Position numbers and translations under genes: made by a program | Notes under the pieces: generated by a model | Told to the model about the DNA's origin: nothing | Seen by the model: only the letters and a program-made list of their open reading frames with translations | Database searches by the model: none | Shown here: positions 41,192-49,113 of the stretch, piece after piece | How positions within the stretch are numbered: position 1 is the stretch's first letter | How the letters are laid out: each line of letters starts with the position of its first letter | Source: Pseudomonadota bacterium | GTDB lineage: Bacteria; Pseudomonadota; Alphaproteobacteria; Kiloniellales; J153 | Length of the DNA stretch: 49,113 nt | Assembly: GCA_022572105.1 (NCBI GenBank) | Contig: JACZWN010000002.1 | Span: 1-49,113, forward strand | Direction of reading: 5' to 3'

Positions 41192-41340
41192 GGGCGGTCC
41201 CCGTTCAGCCGAGCCTTCTCGATCGGCTCGGCCCATTGTAGCCCGGCCGCAGGATTTTTCGATGCCGGAAGATCGGCGCCTCGGCGCCCCGGCGCTTCAA
41301 GATTCGCGGGGTCTTTTACCGAGATGATCGAGACGCGCTG

Positions 41341-44300
41341 TCATTCGCGGTCGAGCTCTTCACGCACCCAGTGGGCGAGCTCGACCTTGCGGAACGGTTT
41401 GCTCAACAAGGGAATGTCTTCGCCGAGCTTACCTTGATGCGCGAGCGCCTCGGCGGGATAGCCCGACATGAAGAGGACCTTGAGGCCGGGCCAGCGGCGC
41501 TTGGCCTCGTCGGCGAAGTCCGGGCCGCTCTTGCCGCCCGGCAGGGCGACGTCGGTCAGCAGGAGGTCGATGCCCGAACGCTCGGCCCCCGAACGCTCCG
41601 CCCCCGATCGCTCCGCCATGGTCTTGGCCGCCGCCTCGGCGTCGCAAGCGGCCAAGACCGAGTAGCCGAGGTCCTCGAGCATGGCGACGGCGAGCTCGCG
41701 CACGTCGAGCGCGTCCTCGAGCACGAGGACGGTCTCGCCTCGCGCCCGCGGTGGCTCCGCCGCCCACGATTCCGGCGCGGCCCGCGGCGCCTCGCTCTCG
41801 GCCCGCGGCAGGTAGAGCCGCACCGTCGTGCCCCGGTCCGCCTCGCTCTCGATCGAGACGAAGCCGCCCGATTGCTGGGCGAAGCCGTAGACCATACTGA
41901 GGCCCAGGCCGCTGCCCGCGCCCACGTCCTTGGTGGTGAAGAAGGGCTCGAAGGCGCGCTCCAGAATTCCCGGGCTCATGCCCGCGCCGGTGTCGGTCAC
42001 GGTCAGCACGACGTAGTCGCCGGCCCTGGCCTCGAGGCCGGGCCGGGGCTCGTCGAGGGTCGCGTTGGTCGTCCGGATCGATAGATTCCCGCCGTCGGGC
42101 ATGGCGTCGCGTGCGTTGAGCGCCAGGTTGAGCAGGGCGTTTTCGATCTGTCCCGGGTCGGCAAGCACCGGCCACAGGTCCGGCACGTTACGGACCGTGA
42201 GCTCGATCGTCTCTCCGAGCGTCCGGGCGAGCAGCTCCGACATGCCCGCGACGAGGTCGCTCAGGTCAGTGGCCCGGGGACGCAGCGGCTGGCGCCGCGA
42301 GAAGGCGAGCAGGCGCCCGGTCAACTCGGCTCCGCGCGCGGCCGCGTGCGTCACCGCCCGGACATGCCGGTCGTCCCCGCCCAGCCGATCGGCCAGGTAC
42401 TCCATGTTGCCCAGGATGACCGCCAGGAGGTTGTTGAAATCGTGTGCCACGCCGCCCGTGAGCTGGCCCAGCGCCTCCATCTTTTGCACCTGGCGGAGTC
42501 GTTCCTCGGCCTGCTTCACTTCCGTGATATCGTTGGTAAGGCTACAGATACCGATGATCCCACCACTCTCATCCTTGAGTGGAAACTTTGCGCTCAGAGA
42601 GTAGCGAATCGAGCCATTTGTTTCTTCGACGATCTCCTGTTGTAGTGATTGGCCGGTTTCCATGACCTTCCGGTCCGCCGCCATAAATTTCGCGGCAATA
42701 TGGTCGGGCGGGAAGTCCGCCGTGACGCCACCGATGAAATCGCTCCTTTCCAAATTCAGGGTTTCCGCGACGTTGCGGCTAATAGCCAGAATGTGTCCGT
42801 CGGTATCCCTGATGACGATTTCTATGGGAGCATTCTCGAGGATCGCGCTTAGCCATGCCTCTCTTGTTCGGATCGTTTCCTCGGCCTGCCGTCGCTCGGA
42901 GATGTCCTGAATGGTCCCGTGCTCTCGCACCACGGTTCCGTTCTCGTCGAACACGGCCGCCGCGATCTCCTGGACGTAGCGTTGTTCCCCCGCCGGGGTG
43001 ATCAGGCGGTATTCGGCTTCGAAGCCGATGCCTTTTCTCAAGGCTTTGAACAGACCCCCGACTCTGTCCCGGTCCTTGGCGTGAACGAAGGAGCATTCGC
43101 CCTCCAACGCGGAGGCGCGCGCCATATAGTCCTTGACCGAGACTCCGTGTATCTGGGCATTCTCCTCGGAACAATAGATGCACCGGTCCTCGACCGCGTC
43201 CCAAACCCAATGTCCCAGGCCCGCCAGTTTTGTGGCCTGCCTGAGCCGTGATTCGTTTCGCGCCAGCGCGTCCACGGCATTCTTGCGCTCGGTGATGTCC
43301 TCCATTGTGATCAAGGCGCGCGCCCAATCGTCTCGGTAGTTGGGGGGTATGACCGCCCGTATGCGCGTTGTGATCGGCGTCCCGTCACAGGCGATCTCCT
43401 CGGACTCGTATTCGAAATTTGATGCGCCGGCATGGAAGGCCGAGATCATTTCGCCGTAACCCTTCAGTTCGTCCGGGTCGGCGGTCTCTTGCATCATGGC
43501 CGCTCGCAGCTCTTCCTTGCTCTTGGCCCGATACAGTCTTACGGCCGCCTGCGTGATGCCAAAGCGGTCGGCCAATTCATAGGCCTTGCCGAGTTCGTCC
43601 GGATTGTCACGGAAAAAGCCCGGGATATCAGAGATGCCTCGCTCGGATAGCTCATCCAGATATACCTTCACCTGACGCCAGTTTTCCTCCAGCATCGGCA
43701 GCGGGGATTCTTCGAACAGCTCCCGGTAACGCTGCTCGCTTTTCCTGAGCGCATCTTCTGCCCGCTTGCGCTCGGTGATGTCCTGAACCAAACCGAAATA
43801 GCCCTGCACCTTTCCGGTTTCCGAGACGTCAGGGATATAGGTAATCTCGACATCGCGCGGTGTCTTGTCGGGATAAACGATCGTCTCCGCGAACGTTATA
43901 CTCACCCCCGAAAGCGCATTGGCGATCCTGGGTTTCAATTTCGCGCAAGCACTTTCGCCAAGAATTTCCTCGACCGACTGGCCAAGAATCTCCTCGGCTG
44001 GAAGCGCGTACCACGTGCGGGCGGCCTTGTTCGCGAACCGGAAGCGTCCCTCCGAATCCATGTATGTGATCAAGACAGGCAGGTTGTCGGTAATCAGGCG
44101 AAGCTGATCTCGGCTGTCGCGCAGCGCCTCCTCCGCGCGCTTGCGTTTAGTGATGTCCTGCGTCGTTCCAAAATGCCCCAGGTATCGACCGGACTCGTCG
44201 AACTCCGGTCTGCCGATTTCATATTGATGCCGTACTTCGCCGCGGGAAGGCAGGAGCCGGTATTCGATTTCGTAAGGCACGTGTTCCTTGTAGGCCCGGT

Positions 44301-44838
44301 CCCAGGCTCGAGCCAAGCGCTCTCGGTCGTCGGGGTGGATGGCCTGAAGGAGCTGTTCCTCGGAAGGCCAAACATTGCTCGCGGGCCGGCCCCGGGAATC
44401 GCGCACATCTCCATGGATGGGAAGGTACTGTGTCAGCCTGGCCTCGGCTGTCCAGTTCCACGCCCTAATCCTGGCTGACTGAAACGCCTGTGCCAGGCGG
44501 GATACGTCTGTGCGATATGAGGCCTCCTGCCGATCCCGTTCAGCCAGGAGCCGCTCGAGTTCTTGGACACGCCGCCGATAGGATTCCAACGCCTCAAGGG
44601 GATCGGCCGTCGTCGCCCCGGCGGCCTTGCTGCCGCGCGCCTCCGCGGCGACTCCCTCCAAGAGTTCGAGGTCTTCCACGGGTACCAGTACCGCAAGCGG
44701 CCGGCCGCGGCGCTCGATGGTGATCCGCTCCTTGCCGTAGGCGGCCCGGCTCAGGATCTCGGCGAAGTTGTTCCGGGCCCAAGAGGCGCTCGCCGTGGCG
44801 CTTGTGGTGGCGCTCGTGGTTGGCATCGTCCGGGGCAT
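41341..44838 (-). CDS. Hybrid sensor kinase with an N-terminal Phd/YefM antitoxin-like domain, multiple PAS domains, HisKA, HATPase_c and REC
   Basis: N-terminus [42 protein letters not shown] (Phd/YefM pattern). H-box [59 protein letters not shown]...[12 protein letters not shown]...KPF. AAGGAGGAG RBS before the ATG at 44838. No internal ATG for the first ~250 codons. Confidence 0.8.
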   Translation of the reverse strand: MPRTMPTTSATTSATASASWARNNFAEILSRAAYGKERITIERRGRPLAVLVPVEDLELLEGVAAEARGSKAAGATTADPLEALESYRRRVQELERLLAERDRQEASYRTDVSRLAQAFQSARIRAWNWTAEARLTQYLPIHGDVRDSRGRPASNVWPSEEQLLQAIHPDDRERLARAWDRAYKEHVPYEIEYRLLPSRGEVRHQYEIGRPEFDESGRYLGHFGTTQDITKRKRAEEALRDSRDQLRLITDNLPVLITYMDSEGRFRFANKAARTWYALPAEEILGQSVEEILGESACAKLKPRIANALSGVSITFAETIVYPDKTPRDVEITYIPDVSETGKVQGYFGLVQDITERKRAEDALRKSEQRYRELFEESPLPMLEENWRQVKVYLDELSERGISDIPGFFRDNPDELGKAYELADRFGITQAAVRLYRAKSKEELRAAMMQETADPDELKGYGEMISAFHAGASNFEYESEEIACDGTPITTRIRAVIPPNYRDDWARALITMEDITERKNAVDALARNESRLRQATKLAGLGHWVWDAVEDRCIYCSEENAQIHGVSVKDYMARASALEGECSFVHAKDRDRVGGLFKALRKGIGFEAEYRLITPAGEQRYVQEIAAAVFDENGTVVREHGTIQDISERRQAEETIRTREAWLSAILENAPIEIVIRDTDGHILAISRNVAETLNLERSDFIGGVTADFPPDHIAAKFMAADRKVMETGQSLQQEIVEETNGSIRYSLSAKFPLKDESGGIIGICSLTNDITEVKQAEERLRQVQKMEALGQLTGGVAHDFNNLLAVILGNMEYLADRLGGDDRHVRAVTHAAARGAELTGRLLAFSRRQPLRPRATDLSDLVAGMSELLARTLGETIELTVRNVPDLWPVLADPGQIENALLNLALNARDAMPDGGNLSIRTTNATLDEPRPGLEARAGDYVVLTVTDTGAGMSPGILERAFEPFFTTKDVGAGSGLGLSMVYGFAQQSGGFVSIESEADRGTTVRLYLPRAESEAPRAAPESWAAEPPRARGETVLVLEDALDVRELAVAMLEDLGYSVLAACDAEAAAKTMAERSGAERSGAERSGIDLLLTDVALPGGKSGPDFADEAKRRWPGLKVLFMSGYPAEALAHQGKLGEDIPLLSKPFRKVELAHWVREELDRE
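41573..41617. repeat. 15-bp tandem repeat x3 inside the receiver domain coding region
   Basis: CCCGAACGCTCGGCC / CCCGAACGCTCCGCC / CCCGATCGCTCCGCC. Encodes [15 protein letters not shown] immediately N-terminal to IDLLLTD. Confidence 0.95.
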
Positions 44839-44859
44839 GGTCCGGGCTCCTCCTTGAAA

Positions 44860-44874
44860 CGTACAAATTGTACG
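44860..44874. promoter_or_regulatory. Inverted repeat CGTACAA-A-TTGTACG just upstream of the Phd-kinase RBS (candidate operator)
   Basis: 7-bp perfect arms. A second palindrome TCGTA-GCT-TACGA follows at 44877..44889. Confidence 0.35.
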
Positions 44875-45313
44875 ATTCGTAGCTTACGACCTGGGCGCGA
44901 CCGTCTTAAGTCTTTTTTGACGATCCTTAATGTTCGGTCAACGGGCCCTAGAAAGTGGTGAAAAAATCGTAGAATCTCACGTTTTCGGGTTGGGGTGACC
45001 ACGGCCCCTGGGGCGACCACGGGTTGGCGGCATCACCGGCCCGACGACCCGGGGGCGGGTCGCTCTGGTGGAATCAACCGAGGTGGCCCGCGTCACGCGC
45101 GCTGTGAGGACGCCGGCGGCCGGCAGCGTGGTTTTCACTCCTCGAGGGCCGTGCGGATGGCGGTGGGGGGCGGCGTGCCATTCGCGTCTCGTATAAAGCC
45201 GCTCGGGCAACCCGCCCAAACCGATCCGCCGATGGATGAGGCGCGCGCCTCGGATGCCCGCGCCCCCGCGGACACTTTGTTTTCTTTTTGTGCAAATTCC
45301 TCTTGGCAGGTGA

Positions 45314-45328
45314 GAACAAAACAGGTAC
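45314..45328 (+). promoter_or_regulatory. Possible alphaproteobacterial LexA (SOS) box upstream of recA
   Basis: GAACAAAACAGGTAC against the GAAC-N7-GAAC direct-repeat consensus (one mismatch), 55 nt upstream of the recA ATG. Confidence 0.35.
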
Positions 45329-45382
45329 ATTCGTGCCTACATTGCAGTCGGGACACCCCTGTGGGATAAGGAAGGGCAGGTC

Positions 45383-46480
<1,098 letters not shown>

Positions 46481-46922
46481 ACAACCCCGTTTGCGGTCGA
46501 ATCCCGGCCCCTTTTTCGGAGCTCGACGCGCGCGGCCACCCGGTCGCGCCGTCGGTCGTGCCACAGGGGGGGCCACGGCGGCGCCCGGTGGCTCACTCCA
46601 GCAGCTCGTACACCGGTCCGCCGATGCGGAAGCGGGCCGGGAAGTCGACCGATTTCGCGTCGATCAGGGCGGACTGGCCGAGCGACAGGTTGTGCGCTTC
46701 GTGGGGCGGCCGGGTGGCGGTGCGGACCGGATCGAGCCAAACAGGAAAACGCTCAAGCGCAACGAGCGCCACGGTGCCAAGCCGGGAGCGCCGCTGGACA
46801 GGTTCCGGGCCGCGCGCTACAACCCCCCGCCCGAAACGGCGCCAAGGCGAGGGAACGAATTGCGCAATAGTTTGGAATCGTTCCAACTTGTGCGCGGGGC
46901 CAGGAACTTCTAAATACAGGCC

Positions 46923-49113
<2,191 letters not shown>

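Noticed and set aside
38760-41437. 439-aa minus-strand ORF (38760..40079) and 720-aa plus-strand ORF (39275..41437)
   Set aside because: They are off-frame or antisense reads of the CoA-transferase gene and adjacent spacer. The Arg/Gly/Pro-rich translations have no motifs.
46495-46504. GGTCGAATCC resembling a tRNA T-loop after recA
   Set aside because: The flanking bases cannot form a T-stem or the other cloverleaf arms, so no tRNA is supported.

Overview
High-GC (roughly 62-66% by eye) alphaproteobacterial-type chromosomal segment. About 33 kb (993..32859) is a flagellar and motility supercluster: flgI-flgJ-flgN-like-flgK-flgL-fliW, fliX, flgF-G-A-H, fliL-fliM-PflI-like-motE-like, cheY-cheZ, two MotB-like genes plus a 1113-aa periplasmic protein, csrA-(FlhB-C-like)-fliO-fliP, and flgB-flgC-fliE-fliQ-fliR-flhB. 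No flagellin, hook, motA, fliF/G/N, flhA or fliI genes lie in the window. The cluster is followed by a CckA-like hybrid kinase, two large PAS sensor kinases, a CoA-transferase, recA and a 3'-partial alaS that the stop-delimited ORF track misses. The regulatory signals I can read look Caulobacter-like: TTAA-N7-TTAAC CtrA-type boxes ahead of fliX, fliL, cheY and flgB/csrA, and sigma-54 -24/-12 promoters ahead of flgI and flgF. The points most worth a second look are: (1) a 1145-aa TPR + GT41-like + kinase-like + SAM-methyltransferase fusion at the end of the flgKL-fliW string, with a strong GC trough over the kinase module; (2) a 287-bp MITE with perfect 33-bp terminal inverted repeats inside the flgB-flgC operon; (3) a Phd/YefM antitoxin-like domain fused to a PAS/histidine-kinase/receiver protein, with palindromes just upstream; (4) two MotB-like genes without motA, one lacking the conserved Asp, followed by a giant secreted TPR-like protein; (5) recurrent 15-bp tandem repeats inside flgH, the motE-like gene (where a 14-nt unit breaks the frame) and a receiver domain. 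Many long ORFs in the track are antisense or off-frame shadows of real genes. No CRISPR array, rRNA or tRNA was recognised.
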